DNA of 64,000 nucleotides, from assembly GCA_965112155.1 (NCBI GenBank), contig OZ218099.1. One strand, written 5' to 3'. The DNA comes from Podarcis liolepis. Lineage: Eukaryota. A program made the position numbers and the translations under genes. Below are positions 1 to 14,008 of this stretch, piece by piece (the first letter of the stretch is position 1; the number at the start of each line of letters is the position of its first letter). The notes under the pieces were generated by a model, which saw nothing but the letters and a program-made list of their open reading frames with translations, searched no databases and was not told the origin of the DNA.

Positions 1-282
1 TCCTTTTATGGTTGAGAGTACCAGAGCAGGAACATATGAGATGTCAACCTGTGTATGTATGCCGACGTGGTTGGGCTCCTAGGGGAGGAGTGAGAGGGTG
101 CCTGGAGGATATATAAACTGCATGAAACCTGTCATTTCTTTGGACTTGCTGGGGACTAATCACGCAAGTGCCTTCTGCTATCCAGAGAGCAGAATAAACT
201 CTTTCTTTGAACCAACTCGGTATTATTTTGACTTCCTTCCTCCTGTCCCGGAGCAACGCAGACCCAATCGGTGAATTCCAAT
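1..282 (+). mobile_element. Probable 3' part of an LTR (5' end outside window)
   Basis: TATAAA at 112-117, AATAAA at 193-198, then a T-rich U5-like stretch ending near ...GAATTCCAATA. The layout resembles the solo LTR at 16662. The left end and TSD cannot be seen. Confidence 0.4.
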
Positions 283-3039
283 AAGGCTACACTCTTTTTT
301 ATTTGCATCAACCAATCACCTGTGCTTTGTGTACAAAATTTTCCATTTGTATATTATTAAACTGGTTAAAGAGATCTAATCCTGGTTGTCCTTTCCTTGC
401 ATGAGAGGTATTCTACAGCTCTGATCCTTTTTCTTGGTTTTGTCTTGCTTGGGCCTCCTTAAAATGAAGAAAAAGGTTCTAGAATCAAGTAATCTATCCA
501 AGCAGGATTATAAGATTCCTCTCAGAAAATTTTCATTGAATTAATTAAATACGAAAACTTGTGAAATCAATCTGCAGCCTAACATTAAGACAAAGGTCCC
601 CCATCACACACATGCAGAAAGTGACTGACAATTGTCCCTTCTTCTCTGAGATCCTAGCAGCAGCAGCAATGTTCTGAACCTTCTGGAGTCTTATTAGGGA
701 AGCTTGTCAATGCAGAAGTACAGTAATTGAATCTCACAGCAATAAAAGTGCAAATAACCATAAGGAATCAAGACAATCTGCTTCTCCCATGTGAGTTCTT
801 GTTTGGTCCCCAGGGAACATTTACATGCTGCTTTTGATGGTTAGTGACGCTGGTCCCAATGCATCTACCAGTCAGAAAATGAACTTTGCCCTTGAGCCTG
901 CCCTTGGGTCTTGGTGTGCCCTAAAACAAGCCTGCTCTTAGCAAGCTTCAGTGAGGGACCTGCTCAGAGATCCGGTCCCCAGAGTTCTTCTTGAATTTCT
1001 CAACCACTTCCTCTTCTGGGTCCTGAGTTTCTGCAGTTTGTTTCATTACTCATGGTGCAAGTCGGTTTATGGAGGAAGATAGAAACATCATTCTGAGGGT
1101 GGTTTTCATGAACAGGGTGAACTGTAGCTTCAGAACTTGTCTTATAGGCATCAATACCAGTAAGTTGAATGTTGGGTCTTGTTTCCCATGCCTAGAAGGT
1201 GTGTCAGCCTATAGGCATGCTCCACGCCTCGTAGCCTGCCCATTTATTTTATTTTATTTATTAAAAAATGACATGTATGCATGATGCATACACACATTTA
1301 CCTTTCACTTAATTTTTTGCAAAACTGCTCTAGGGATAAGTGAGCGATGGGTGGTATGATATCCCTGATGTGAACACAGCTCTCTTTTCTCTCGTTCAAG
1401 CTGAACCAGGCTGAAACTATATTATTATTCTTTAGTCCGAGCTCCCCCAGGATAGAAGCATGTCCTGAAGCATAGCTGCAGTGCTACCAGACTTTTCCCA
1501 ACACCCTCAAAGTGATCATGAAGCACTTGAAGCTATCAATGGGTTGTCCTGACGTCTATATGCTATTTCCAGGATCAGTTCAGAATGCCTCTGACTACCA
1601 GCATGAGGAGGTGGCTATTGTCCTCATCGCCTTCTTGGGATTTTCTCAGGGGCCTCTGGGTGGCCACTGTGAGAAGCAGGGTGCTACATGAGGTCAAGGT
1701 CTTTGGCCTCACCCAGTAGGGCTGTTCTTATGTCCACACTTAAAATGCCACTTCTGTCTTATGTTCCACCCCAAATGTAGAACTTTTTTGAGAGGTTTGG
1801 CACCCAGCGACTATGAAAATGAGAGGTGATTTGAAATCACACGTGCAAGGTGGAGTTTTGTAGGGTTATGCAGATGCAGCTCAGAGAGCGCTATGAAGCT
1901 GCTACGCTGCTTTCCCGCCTGGTGAGTCATTGTTCCTTACCAGGAGCGAGAGGGACGAAGCACTGGGGAGGTCAGCATGGTGAAAACGGACCAGCAAGAG
2001 TGTTAGCTTGGCTCCACCAGTGAGTTTGTGCCCCTCCAACCTCCCCACCACCCCACCTCTTCCCCTCCTCATAAGCAGCAGCGCTGCACCCACTGGGAAG
2101 CTAGCATGCCGCTTCTGGAATTGTGTACGTACAATATGAGTCTGCATTATTTTAGTTTATTTTATCTGTGACTGGACATTACTGTTTCTCTTATTCTCCT
2201 CTTGTTTTCTATGAGCTGTGTAGTTGACTTACTTAGAAAGAAAGAAATGTGAGATTGTGGGCAGCGCGTTAGTCCTGCATTTATCACTGCTGGTTGCTAT
2301 GGCCATATTGGTTGAAAATAAAAAAAATAGAAGAGTGTTTATTTCCTACAGTCTACTGCTGGTTCCTCAATGGCTGCAGGGAGGAACTGAAAGCAGCGCT
2401 GAATTGTTTCTTGGCAACAAGTGTACTTAGGGATAAGAAGTAACTGGAATCTGAGGCAAAGCTTTTCATTTGAAAAAAAAAAACCCCAATGGAAAGAACA
2501 AGCAAGGAGATAAACAAAGTCATGCCGTCCATTTAAAGCACATGGCTTCACCCAAAGCGTCCCTGAGAACTGTCTTTGTTAAGGGTGCTGAGAATTGTAG
2601 CTCTTTGAAGGGTAAACTGCAGTTCCCAGGATTTATTTGGGGAGGAAATGTGCATTCAGTGTATGATGTGGGTGTGACCACATCAGCACTCTCTATTCCC
2701 TACTGATTTCAGTGTTGACTGGAGGTGCTTCTATATAAGTCCCAACTGCCTGGTAGCACTTGTGTCTGGGAAAGATGTGGCACACTTGGATCTTCACAGT
2801 TGCATTTGCTGCTGGGTTGGAGACAACAGAGAATGAATCTTAGAGAGCCCGCGTCTTTATGCTTGCTTGGAAAAAGCATTGTAAGAACCCTCACTATGTC
2901 TGTTTTCAACATCTTACTTTGTCACTTGGAAGAAGATTTATTACATCCTAATCGCCAAACCACTTATTCTAGAGTGGCAGTACTCTAGAAAGTTTGAAAG
3001 TTGGACTGACACTCATGACAGTAAAAAAAGTTTCTCAGT

Positions 3040-3402
3040 TTGCATGTAAGACTATGCCAAACCATGGTTTAGTGTGGGCGGGCAAACTCTCAAGACTGCT
3101 TTGCTCCTTCTCTAGTTCGGATGTGTCATTTGGTTTAGTGTAGCATGTCCTCTCCACCTGCTTGCTGCAGACAAGCCACAAGAGGTAAGCCATAGAAAAT
3201 AGCTACAGCTTGTGATTTGTCTGGAGCAAGACAAATGGCAAGCCTGGGTTTCAGATGAGAATCTAAGCCAAACCATGCTGCAGCAGCAGCAGCAGGACCA
3301 GGGGAGGAGGAGAAAGAGGAAAGCAGCTGTGATCTCCTCTTCAGCGATCCACACATTTATGCCTTCTCACTAAACCATGGTTTGGCTTACTGCAAGCCAG
3401 GC
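3040..3402. mobile_element. Old palindromic MITE-like element, related to 45966-46373
   Basis: GCCAAACCATGGTTTAGTG near the left end is inverted relative to CACTAAACCATGGTTTGGC near the right end. It shares CTAAGCCAAA-type motifs with the element at 45966. Confidence 0.5.
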
Positions 3403-4552
3403 CAATGAGTTGACTTTGCTCTGGAGCATTTATGTTGCTGGATGGATGACACTGAGGTTTGCTGGGTGGAAAGGGGAAGGCAAGCTGAGGAATTCATTGA
3501 TAGGGCCACAAAACCAGTGGAGGGCCTACTGGCCTATCAGTGCTACCATTTCAACATTGCACAGAGTGTGCAATAATTTTATCTGCTTTTTCCAGGTGGT
3601 TTTTTTTTGGGGTGGGTGGGTGTGTTCACATGCAGTTATGTGTTGTTGTTATGTGTGTGCCCTTCAACTGATTGTTACGACCTCATATATGATGGTGCGC
3701 TGAATACCCACAGACATTTAAACTGTCTCATACTCACAGCTTAGAAAAGAGGACCCCAGTTCCCCTGCTGCAAGTGACCAGGTGCGTGTCTCTAGATCAC
3801 CAACCTGATGCCCTCCAAGTCTTTTTGGCTGACAACTGCTTTTTGTCCCAGTGGCCAGCATGCTCACTTGCAAAGCAAAACATCTGGAGGGCACCAGCCA
3901 AGGCTGTTCTAGATGCACCACTTGAAAAAAAATGATTGCCCTGGCGTCTTTCGTAGATAAAGCTCTGGGGAAAGGCTGAGATGAAGCGTATCGTAGGAAG
4001 CAAGATAACAAAAACATAAAAAGCAGCATAAACCTCTGAATGTTATAAATACCAGGAAATGCAGAACAATGCAGAAATAAAACCCATATGGAAATTAAAA
4101 CCCTTGTGGCTGCTGTTCTGCCCCCCCCCTCCCAGCCCAGCCGGTTCTTATTTTCCAAAGTTAGAGAGAGATCATCTGATTGTTGTTCAGTAATGCACAG
4201 CCAGTGAGTTAAGGTTTGGGGCATTATGCAATGCACTTAGGCGTCTGTTAGTATTTTTCTCTTGATGTCCTGCCATGGGTATTCAGCTGTTCTACGCCAT
4301 TGCCAAACCAACAGTTTGTTAAGGGGGAAGAAAGGAGGTGTGGGAGGAAAAGGAACAGCCATGTGCAGATTCCTCTATCCTTCCTGCCTGCCTGCCTTCC
4401 TTCCTTCCTTCCTTCTTGTTTCAGACATTCGATGGCTCCTTGGAAGGGATACTACTTCCATGGTATGTTGAATTTCGTGTTGCCCTCAGCAGGTTGACCA
4501 AAGGTGTGTAGCACATTAACACCATATTTTTAAGGACTGTGAACTTGAATCA

Positions 4553-4762
4553 GTCATGGCTTCCCCTGAAGAATTCTGGGTAATGTGGTTTGTTAAAGAT
4601 GCTGAGAATTGTTGGGAGACCCCTATACCCATTCAAAGAGGTAATATTTCCAGAGTGGCTTAACAGCCAATCACTCTTCCCAGGGAATTCTGGGGTTGCA
4701 GCTCTGTGTGAGGAATAGGGTTTCTCCTGAAAACTCAACACAACTCCCAGAATTCTCCAGGA
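4553..4762. mobile_element. Old dispersed repeat with imperfect internal inverted repeats (MITE-like)
   Basis: GGCTTCCCC..AAGAATTCTGGG...AACTCCCAGAATTCT. Related copies at ~2545-2650, ~10781-11005 and ~37225-37330. Confidence 0.55.
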
Positions 4763-4853
4763 TAGATTGGACAATTGTTGCCATGCCGCTTCCACAGAAC
4801 AAGAAGCATGGCTTGGGCAAGACAGTTCAACTTTTTAAACAGTGACTCTATGC

Positions 4854-5262
4854 CAGGGGTCCCCAAACTAAGGCCCGCGGGCCAGATAAGGCCCGAGGGA
4901 CTTGTTTATCTGGCCCACGGTGACCACCGCCACCCGCTGCCACCGCCCACTCTTACCGGCGCTGCGCTGCACGGCTGCCCACTTCCGGGTCGGAGGAGCA
5001 CAGGAAATAGCTTGTGCGCATGTGCAAGCATTATTTGTGCATGCACAAGCATTATTTGAGCATGCACACGCGCTATTTCCAGTGCACATCTGGGTCAGAG
5101 GAGGCCCGTGCACATGTGCACAAGCTATTTCCAGTGCTCCTCCAACCCGGAAGTGCACCGGAAATAGCGTGTGCGCGCATGTATGGGCACACGCTCCCCC
5201 GCCTTCCACGCAATCGGCGCTGGAGACACTGGCCCGAGGCACGATAGGTTTTCTGACCCCTG
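4854..5262. mobile_element. Non-autonomous hAT transposon (409 bp), young and CpG-rich
   Basis: TIRs CAGGGGTC.../...GACCCCTG; perfect 8-bp TSD CTCTATGC (4846-4853 and 5263-5270); internal ~45-bp inverted repeat (4981-5026 vs 5109-5154). Confidence 0.9.
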
Positions 5263-8200
5263 CTCTATGCCATCTTACTTAGATGGAAGTCCTGTTGCAT
5301 TCACAGGGGCTTGCTCCCAGATAAGTGTGTGCAGGATTGCAGCCTTAGTGAGCTAACACTTTTAAGCCACGGATGTCGGTTGAGCCGTGCCAAGCCGTGC
5401 CAGCTGAGGTTCTTGCCCTTAATGTCAGAGCCAGAGGATTACGCGGCGTTAATGTCAGAGCTGGGATTGGAATCCAGGAATTACAGGAGCTCAGGCCGCT
5501 AGACAGCTTCCCTCAGCTTTACAGAAGGACTTTCATGCTGAGGGAAATGTCCACGTCTATCCGATTTACTAGCAAATCTATTGGCTTTCCTCATGGTTGT
5601 TGCTGTTTCCCTCTCCCCACCATAATTTGCCTCGCAGTGTGTTATTTGCTAATGAACATGGCTATTTGTGTCTCAAAAGAGGGCTGGTTGCCTCTTTATT
5701 CACCCAATCCTCTTAGGGAACTCTGCGGTGGAAGTCACATGATCACACACGGCAGCATAAGGTTAGCATGAGTTGGCAAGAATGCAGCCCCTGGCATTCA
5801 TGAAAACACTCAAAACAAAGGCACAAGGTTCTCTGCCTGCCCGGCAAAACAGAGTAGCTAAACTTTGGCCTTCTGGATGTGGTTGGACTCCAAGTCCCAT
5901 CAGCCCCTGCCTGGGAAATGAGCTGGAATTTATTCAATTTATTTAAAGAATTTTTTTTTTTTTTTAAGGATTACTGGGCAAATTACAAGTCCCTGCCCTC
6001 AGGTTCCTGATCTAAATAGATGTCACCCAAAAGGAAAGTGGATTGTGAGGGAGGAGGGATGGCAGGAGTTGGAGTCTAACAATGTCCGCAGGGCCACCCT
6101 GGTCAGGAGGGACACTGCTAGGGTGTCTGGGGTGTGCAGCCTAGCTCCTGCATTCAGGCTGACCATTTCTGCAGTCTTGCTCTGAAGTGGCCTTCTTGTA
6201 ATCTGGCCACATGCCCAGAGAAGAAATCTGGGAAGGCAATTCTTACCCTCTCACAGACAGAAAACAAGTGCAGAGGAAGGGGTAGCCTTGAGGGGGCGCT
6301 CAGCTAAGTGCCATCTGGTGGGCCTGCACCAACTTTAATGACCCCCTGGCTGCAGCAGCAAGCCTTGGATGCCTCGGTTGCAGCAGCAGCAACAGGAGCA
6401 CCCTGGAGTAGCATTGGGCGCCATGTGTGCCATTAGAATTTGCATCTGGGGATTAGCAGGGAGGATTATTGGTGGAGAAAAGGACCACCTGGAACTCCCG
6501 TCTCTGTGCCAGACAACCTAATCTAGAACCTGTGGATTTGAAGGCTTGGAGGGAATTATGTGCCTGGCTCACTCAGGTTGAATAGAGGGCAGGAGTTGCC
6601 TTGCTCTGGTTTCACGGAGGGCAAGGGACACTTCCTGATGTTAGGCCTGAGCACACATCAGAGGCTGTCTTATGCCAAGCTGGGCTACTGGTCCAACTGG
6701 TTCAGCACTGCCTGTCTCGGCTGGCAACCCCTCTCCAAGTCCTGGCTCTAGCACCTGCTTTAGTGCCCTTTTTAACCGAAGACTCAAAGCATGAGGAGCC
6801 TGAAACCTCCACAGTATAACAGCTGCTTCACAATTCACTTTTTATTTTTTTACTTTTAAGAGTACACAAAATATTTTTACAGCAGGGATCCTCGGATGTT
6901 TCACCTGGGCAGATTTGTGTGTCGGGCAGAACAGGTGAGCATCTTGTGGCAAATAAACAATTACTTAAGGCTTAAGCAATTAAAGGCTTTATCCACCTGC
7001 AGAGGCAGGGCAGGCCCAAAATCTTTTGCTGCCCGAGGCAAAGATCTTTTCAGTTGAGATCTTTCTCACTCTGTGTCTGTATCAGAATTGTTTTTTTAAG
7101 ATGCTGTTTGTGGCCCTGGGCGCTCCTTCAAGGGGAAGGGCGGGATATAAATTTATTTAATCAACAAATTACGAACATGTTGGTGCCTCTTGTCTTCCCA
7201 CTTACAAAAAGCTGACCGGACTAGCTGTTGAAATCTTACTTTGGCACTGTAAACAGGGTGGTCCACAGCTTGGCTGAGCTTAGCGGAGACTCCATTGCAT
7301 ACACAGAGCTGTACAACTTCCTTGTTTGCCTGCTCCACCCCAACATCTGCCTGAGGCGCAGGCCCTAAGCACTGAAAATATGTTGCCCCCCCCCATTCAA
7401 AATATAAACAACAATAAACCATAAAATAAGTTTTTATTTTTGAAAATGAAACAAAACCTACAGTAAGATGGAAAGTGATGTTTATTTTTGTATACTTTCA
7501 CTTTATTTATATTTTTTTGGGGAAATCTCCTTTATTTTCTAAATGCCAAGTCTTTGATCAAACCCTCAGAACTAATCTTACATAGCGCACCTATTTCTGT
7601 ACTTAGTAGAGATAAGGCATCCAGCCTGCCTTGTTGCATAGTTGTTCTGTTGGGAGTTTTAATCAACTTCAACTGAGAAAATGAACGCTCAGCTGAGCAA
7701 TTTGTGGCCACTGATGTTAAAAACCCGGCAATGGAAAATTTCTGTGTTGCCGTCCTTCCCTTGATACCCTAAGCACGTGCTTATTTTGCTGAATGGTTAA
7801 TCCTGCCCTGCTGAGACAGCTGCCTCATTCTGCCCAATGGCAGGGCCAGCCCTGCTCAGAGGAGGCTGCTGACTCCATCTCTGTATGATTTGCTGTTCTG
7901 GCCCGGCCTCCTTCCAAACTCTCTGCTGCGGGCAGGCTTTCTGCCATGCCTCAGCCTTCTTGCTAAAAGTGAATCAGCATCATTGAGCAAAAATATGAGA
8001 CAACACTTCAGTAGGGTAGGAAGATATTCCAGATACTCAAAACCCTCCAACGGAACATTTTCTCACAGAACATACTCGTTTCTGTGTTGACTTTTTTTTC
8101 CATGTTGGCTTCAGCTTGATATTTATGAGGCGGAGTTCCCTACTTAGCAGAACATTTCCTCCATTATACTTTGAAGCACGTTCGCTCTCCCGTTTGAAGT

Positions 8201-10780
8201 GTGTCCAAAGCTCTGGCGCTAAGATCAGCGGGTGCGTTCTGTCCATGGATCATAAGCAATCTGCTGTACAAGTTCAAATCCCATGAGCCCCGCACACCTA
8301 AAAAACAATGGCCTCCTGCCGCAAATAATCTGCCCTGAAAAATATCCAAGCATATAACAGGCTTCTATCATTCCAGCTGGAAACCCTGTAAAGAGCTGCT
8401 GTGCTTTAACCCCTGGGAGCATTTCTTCAGGGGGAAATGTACAGACTAGTGAGTTCAATAATAGGTAATGACAGGACAGAACTGTTTCTATTAGAAAGCT
8501 TTATCTTTCCACTCCTAGCCCAAATAGTTGTGCCGAGGGACTTTCCAGCTTCTCGTGCTTTCATATCTGTTTCCTTAGTCTGTCTGGGACATGGCTCATT
8601 CTGAAACAAAACAAAAGTTGTTCTGCTGTGAATGAGCAGTTCCCCCACCCTCCCTAGTGATAAGCCAGTCTGCTCAGCAGCAAATCCACGTCTCTGCCGC
8701 ATTCATTATGAAATAGAAATAGGGGCTTTGATCCTAAGCTATGTCAGCTGAGGGAAGTTCAGGAAAGGAAAGCTTCCCACACCTCTTTCCTGCCCTCTTG
8801 CGTGCCCAGAAAAAAATTCCCTCAGGTGGGGCCCTTTATTTAAAATGTGGGATGGGAAGAGCAGGGCCTGGTTGACCCCCTCCAATGGCACAGGTTGACC
8901 ATGCATGTCCACTCTGGCATGGCTGCTCTGGCAAGGGCACAAGGGATGGGGGAACCAATATGTCTCCTTGCCAAAGGTCAAGGGACGGTGAAGTGGGCAG
9001 CAATACAGCTCCTTGCAAGGGCAGCTAGGTACTCCTCTGAGGAAGAGATGTTCCATGAACTTCCTTAAGGCTATAGTCCTACATGTGCTTACCTGGAAGT
9101 AAAGACAGTTCAACTCAAAGGGCCTTAATTCTGCGTAGACACACATAGGCTCTTATTGTTAACTTCGTTTAGTATCCAAGACAAGACATCCACATTGCTC
9201 TGTTGACAGTGTTCAGCACTGCAATTAGTGCCGCCTTCTACTTTTATTAATTGCAATTTAATTGCAATTTAATCTGAAAGGCTAATTTCAGTTGATATCA
9301 GCTGGTTGCCGGCATTCTCCATGTGTCAGTGACCCGCTCCTTCTTATGCCCTTGTTCATTTGTTTCCCTTAGGACCTTTCCAGTTGATTCATTTAAAGGA
9401 AGACTGCAATGTTCAATCGGGCAAACTGTAAATTAAGTGGCTAAAGCTTTAGTTGATTAACAGGGTGGGTCAATTTTAATTGGCAGGACTTGTTTGTTTA
9501 ATATTTTTTCAAGGCTGTTTCGGTTCTGGTATGCTACTGTAAAAGGAAGTGAGCTGGATAATATAAATATGGCATTTCCTCCGAATGGCATGTGATTTTA
9601 TTTTTTGTTTATTAAGTTGAAAGCAATCTCACACATGCTTCAATACGTCTAAAAGGCATTCAGAAGAAATGGGAAGCAGGGCTTCTCCAATGGCTCTGCT
9701 GAATAATCAGCTCCAATGGGCTTTCCCTCCCTCACCTGTCACCTGGAAGCATTTATTCCATCTGAGAAGGGAAGAAAGGCCTCTCTGTAGATGAGATCAA
9801 TTCCATCTGGCTGCTCCTCCTGCTAACCGGTCCTGCTGGTCATTATAAAATACTACTATGCCCTCCACCAAGATGTTGCCTAAAACCAGGGCACTGCTTC
9901 CTGGGACACACTCCTGCATGAGTCATGTGACCCATGCAAGATCGTAGCCTCCCCTCCCCCCAAAAGCGCTTTTTTGCAAGCAAGATCGCAGCCCAAGATC
10001 GTGGCACCCAAAATGGCCACCATACTCTCATGGGGAAAAACTAGGATGTCCTGGTTTATCCGGAACAGTTGACAAATGTTGAATGAATTTGCTGTTTTCC
10101 TATTCCTTCCTTATCACCCTTTCCTTTTCTAAAGCTGTGGTCAGTCATTGTCTTGTTTTTATTGCTCTTATGAAAGTTTCTCTGGGAGTAAAAATGATCG
10201 CATAATTAATTATTTTCAATTAAATACAATAAGGTTTATCATAATATGCAAATTTATTTAAGGTTAACCCATTCACTGTGTTAAAGGCATCAGCTAAATG
10301 AGATTTAATATCAGTTAAAGATGAGCTAATTGATTGGCAGCCCTAGTTTATAATAGGTGAGTGAAGAGCAACTCAAGCACCTCCTTCAGAGTGATAGCCC
10401 ACAAGCACTGTACTGCAGTGTGCTTAAGAGAGTTTGCAGAGGCAGCTTTGCTGATGCCTGTGTTACTTAATATCTGAGCTCATGTGATATGTTGGAACGT
10501 TCATAAACATTTTCAGAGCTGGGGAAATGAAAGAGAAAGCACAGAATATTCACAGGCCATTTTACAAGCTTCTCAGAAGTGAGAGACCACAATGCTTACA
10601 ATGTTTGTGCTGGTGTTTGCTATGGGAGGGGTTCAAAGCTTGATTTTCTGCCATTTAATTAGTTTCACAGAAGTCTCAAAAGGAGACGTGAATCCAAATT
10701 CTGGCTCGCCACCAACTCTCAGTCTGATCTACCCCACAAAGTTGTTGTGAGAATTAGTTGCTCTGGAAGTGGAACACAAA

Positions 10781-11005
10781 CTGGCTTCCCCGCAAGAATT
10801 CTGGGAGCTGTAGTTTGTTAAGGATGTTAAGAGTTGTTATTCCCTTCATAGAACTAAAATTCCCTGAGTAGTTTAGCAACTGGTCCCTCTTCTCAGGGAA
10901 CTCTGGGAATTGCGGTTCTGGGACAGGAATGGGGGGGGGCTCTTAACAACTATAAACATCCTTAACAAATTACAGTTCCCAGGATTCTTGGGGAGAAGCC
11001 ACAAT
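10781..11005. mobile_element. Second copy of the old repeat at 4553-4762
   Basis: GGCTTCCCCGCAAGAATTCTGGGAGCTGTAGTTTGTTAAGGATG ... CATCCTTAACAAATTACAGTTCCCAGGATTCTTGGGGAGAAGCC, with inverted ends. Confidence 0.6.
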
Positions 11006-12724
11006 TGTTTAAAGAGGTGTGATACTAATGTTATGGCATTTAGGGGCCCATTGAAGATGTTTTTGTTCAAGAAGTCTTTCCCTGAGGTACGACACAGTCA
11101 TTTATGAATTTTTAACTGTACTTACAGGAATGGTTTAAAGTTTGCAGAAATAGTTTTAATTGTTTTTTTGAACTGGTATTTTTCTGTATTTTATTTTATT
11201 TCTACTTTGTGCACTGCTTTCATGGCCTTAGACTGTGAAGTGATTTACAAATTTGTAAAAGAAGTTGTATCCATTCACATTTCATAGAAGTCATTTTCTC
11301 CCGTAGAAGTCAATGGCTCCTTCCACGATGGGTGGAAACTGAGGATTCAGTGGGCAGTAGACAGATCTACATAAAGTTACATGAGACACATTCAACTTAA
11401 CTGCAATCTTACGGAGCCTATTTGGAGGTTCAGATGCATTCAATGGGACTTACTCCCAGGTCATTGTGCAGTCTTCAGCTACATGTTTGCTGCTGGAAGC
11501 AGTTCCGCCACAGGTGGTGTCTTATCCTACTGATGATCCTTTTGGAACACCATGATTATATGATTTTGTTCATTAAAAAACAACTCCACCCTGCAGAAGT
11601 AATAGATATACCGAAATCCGGTGTTTCCCGTGAAAGGAGATAAGCTGCACTTTTCGATAATAAATAATAAACAATGCGTCAGTTTCTTGTGTTGACATGC
11701 CATCAGTTTATGCCCTCATATTACATGTTCCAGTAAGCCTGCGTGAATAGCTAAGCTGGTTTCAAAGCAGAAAGGAAGAAACGGGTGTGTACTTGCCTGC
11801 TTCGGCAATTAAACTATCAAGGACAAAAACACCTTAATCTGCCATTTAAACAAACATAGGGAGCCTAGTTTACAGAGTGCAAGGTCGTGATAAGTGGATG
11901 AATATGGTTGGCACCTACTGAGCACTGAAGAGAGAGGCACTGAGTCCGTGTGGATTGCAAAGCCCAGTCTGGGATGCTGGACGAAGGAGAAATGGAGAGT
12001 GCTACAGGTTCAGCAAGTGGTTCAGGTCTTCTGAAGGAGGGCATACCTGTTTTGGGATGCAGAACGCTGAAGGAAGGAGCAGGTGTTCTGCCTCCATATT
12101 GCTGCAGTTCTTCAAAACAGCAGTTTTATCTAATCAGTGAAAAGCTGGCCTTGGCAGTTGCTAAGGGAGGCATGAGCTTCAACACACACACACATACCAC
12201 ACACACTATGCTCGTTTAATGTTTGTCTTGTGAGAATAAGCACCTCAGGCTGAGATTGAACCCAGCCTTAGTCATGCTTACGAGTAGATCCGTTGAAGTC
12301 AACAAGATGTAAGTTAGCCAGTCCACTGAAGTCTGACATTCTGTGCGGCAGGAGCTGGCTCGTCCTCCTGGCCTGGACATTGTCGCCAGCTTTGCTCCAG
12401 GATCAGATCTGGTGGGCAAGAGTGCTTGGGGAGTGGGGCCTGCTATTTTATCTAGAGCAAGACTGCCAGAACTGCCTCTGATACCAGCTATAAGTTTTAA
12501 GACTGTCCATGTTAAGAACTAGCGCTTGAGCGTGCTTTCCCCTTCTCCCTCCCATGATTTTTTCCTCCTGTAGCTTGTATTTTTACATAGTGCACCTGAG
12601 GGCAGGGGCCAGTTCAGAACCAAATTTTGCACAAGCTGCACTGAGAGTCTTTTTTGTCACAAATAATTTTGCCTCCAAGAGTGGCCAGCCAGACACCCCT
12701 GGGAGTTTTACAGACTTTCCTCTC

Positions 12725-12913
12725 ATTCATTCATTCATTTTCATTGCACCTTTCCTCCAAGGAGCTAAAAGTGACTTACCGTACATACTGCCCCCCCCCA
12801 AAAAATTTTATACTCACAGCAACCCTGTGAGGTAAGAGCTTCAGGGCTAAGCAGGAATTTGAACCCTGGTCTCCCAGGTCCTAGTCCAGAACTCTAACCA
12901 CTACACCTCACTG
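12725..12913 (-). mobile_element. tRNA-derived (MIR/CORE-like) SINE, internally deleted
   Basis: GGAATTTGAACCCTGGTCTCCCAGGTCCTAGTCCAGAACTCTAACCACTACACC is a reverse tRNA-like head with B and A boxes. Sibling copy at 25520-25735. Confidence 0.65.
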
Positions 12914-13785
12914 GCTCTCAAGGAGCTTCCCTGCTGAAGGCCCTTCTGAGGCACAATTTTTAAGAATGCTATCCTTTGCACACAATGGGGACTTACCTCC
13001 AAGGATTGTACCGTACCCTCTGTCACCTCCAGATCTAAAGGGGTCCTGGGCAAAGCATTCTCTGGTGGGCCCTCTCCTCTGCTGGTGGACCCTAGTGGGC
13101 TTACTTGCTGCATTGGCTGGGACGAAGCAGCTTTAAAATTTCCCACAATGCCCCATAGTGGTGCTGGGTCAGAAGCTGGACGGATTAAAAAGATGGCCAA
13201 ATCCAACCGCCTGCTATTGCTCAGAGTGCTAGGAAAGGGGGAAATATAGGAGTGGGACAAGGCAGACATTGGCAGTGGGCCATGCCAGCTGCCCAAAGAT
13301 GCCAGGGGCTGAAGCCAGCCCTGATTCCACATCTCCTTCCCTTTGCACCTGGTCCATCTATGTGTACTACAAGCCCAAAGGCTCAGAGAAGGGCCATTTC
13401 TGAAGTACTGGCCCAACATAATCAGCCTCTAACGGGGGTGGGAAACCACTAGCATCTGGGACAGATGTGGCCAGGGGCATCCTCATCTGGCCTGTGTGGA
13501 TCTTTGTGGAGTTTGCAGCTGGGCAAGGAAGGGTTAATCCTTCCCTAAACAGTTGCTGTCTCCATGAAGACCACACACAGTCTTTTGGCAGTTAGGCTTG
13601 AAAATGTGTAATTCCTGGGGAGGGAGAGGATGGTTATGGGCTATGGGTGGGCACAGCCACTGCAAAAAAATTGCACACACTTTCTCTGCCGTATACATCC
13701 CCACACATCCTTACAATAATATACCTATACTGTACATTGACACACACACCCATTTATATACAGTACATACACATACCTGCATATA

Positions 13786-14008
13786 CAGTGGTACCTTGGG
13801 TTACATACACTTCAGGTTACAGGCGCTTCAGGTTACAGACCCGCTAACCCAGAAATATTACCTCGGGTTAAGAACTTTGTTTCAGGATGAGAACAGAAAT
13901 CTTGCTCCAGTGGCGCGTCAGCAGCAGGAGGCCCCATTAGCTAAAGTGGTCTTCAGGTTAAGAACGGACCTTTGGAACGAATTAAGTACTTAACCCGAGG
14001 TACCACTG
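13786..14008. mobile_element. Tc1/mariner-superfamily MITE, family A copy 1
   Basis: TA|CAGTGGTACCTTGGGTTA ... TAACCCGAGGTACCACTG|TA: TIRs plus TA duplication. Similar copies at 20039 and 50677. Confidence 0.9.

Noticed and set aside
3718-4236. 172-aa ORF (and the similar 172-aa ORF at 12901-13419)
   Set aside because: No domain or splice evidence; such lengths are attainable by chance with alternative start codons.
4775-5282. Overlapping ORFs of 77-126 aa
   Set aside because: They fall in a GC-rich non-autonomous hAT MITE and show no transposase motifs.
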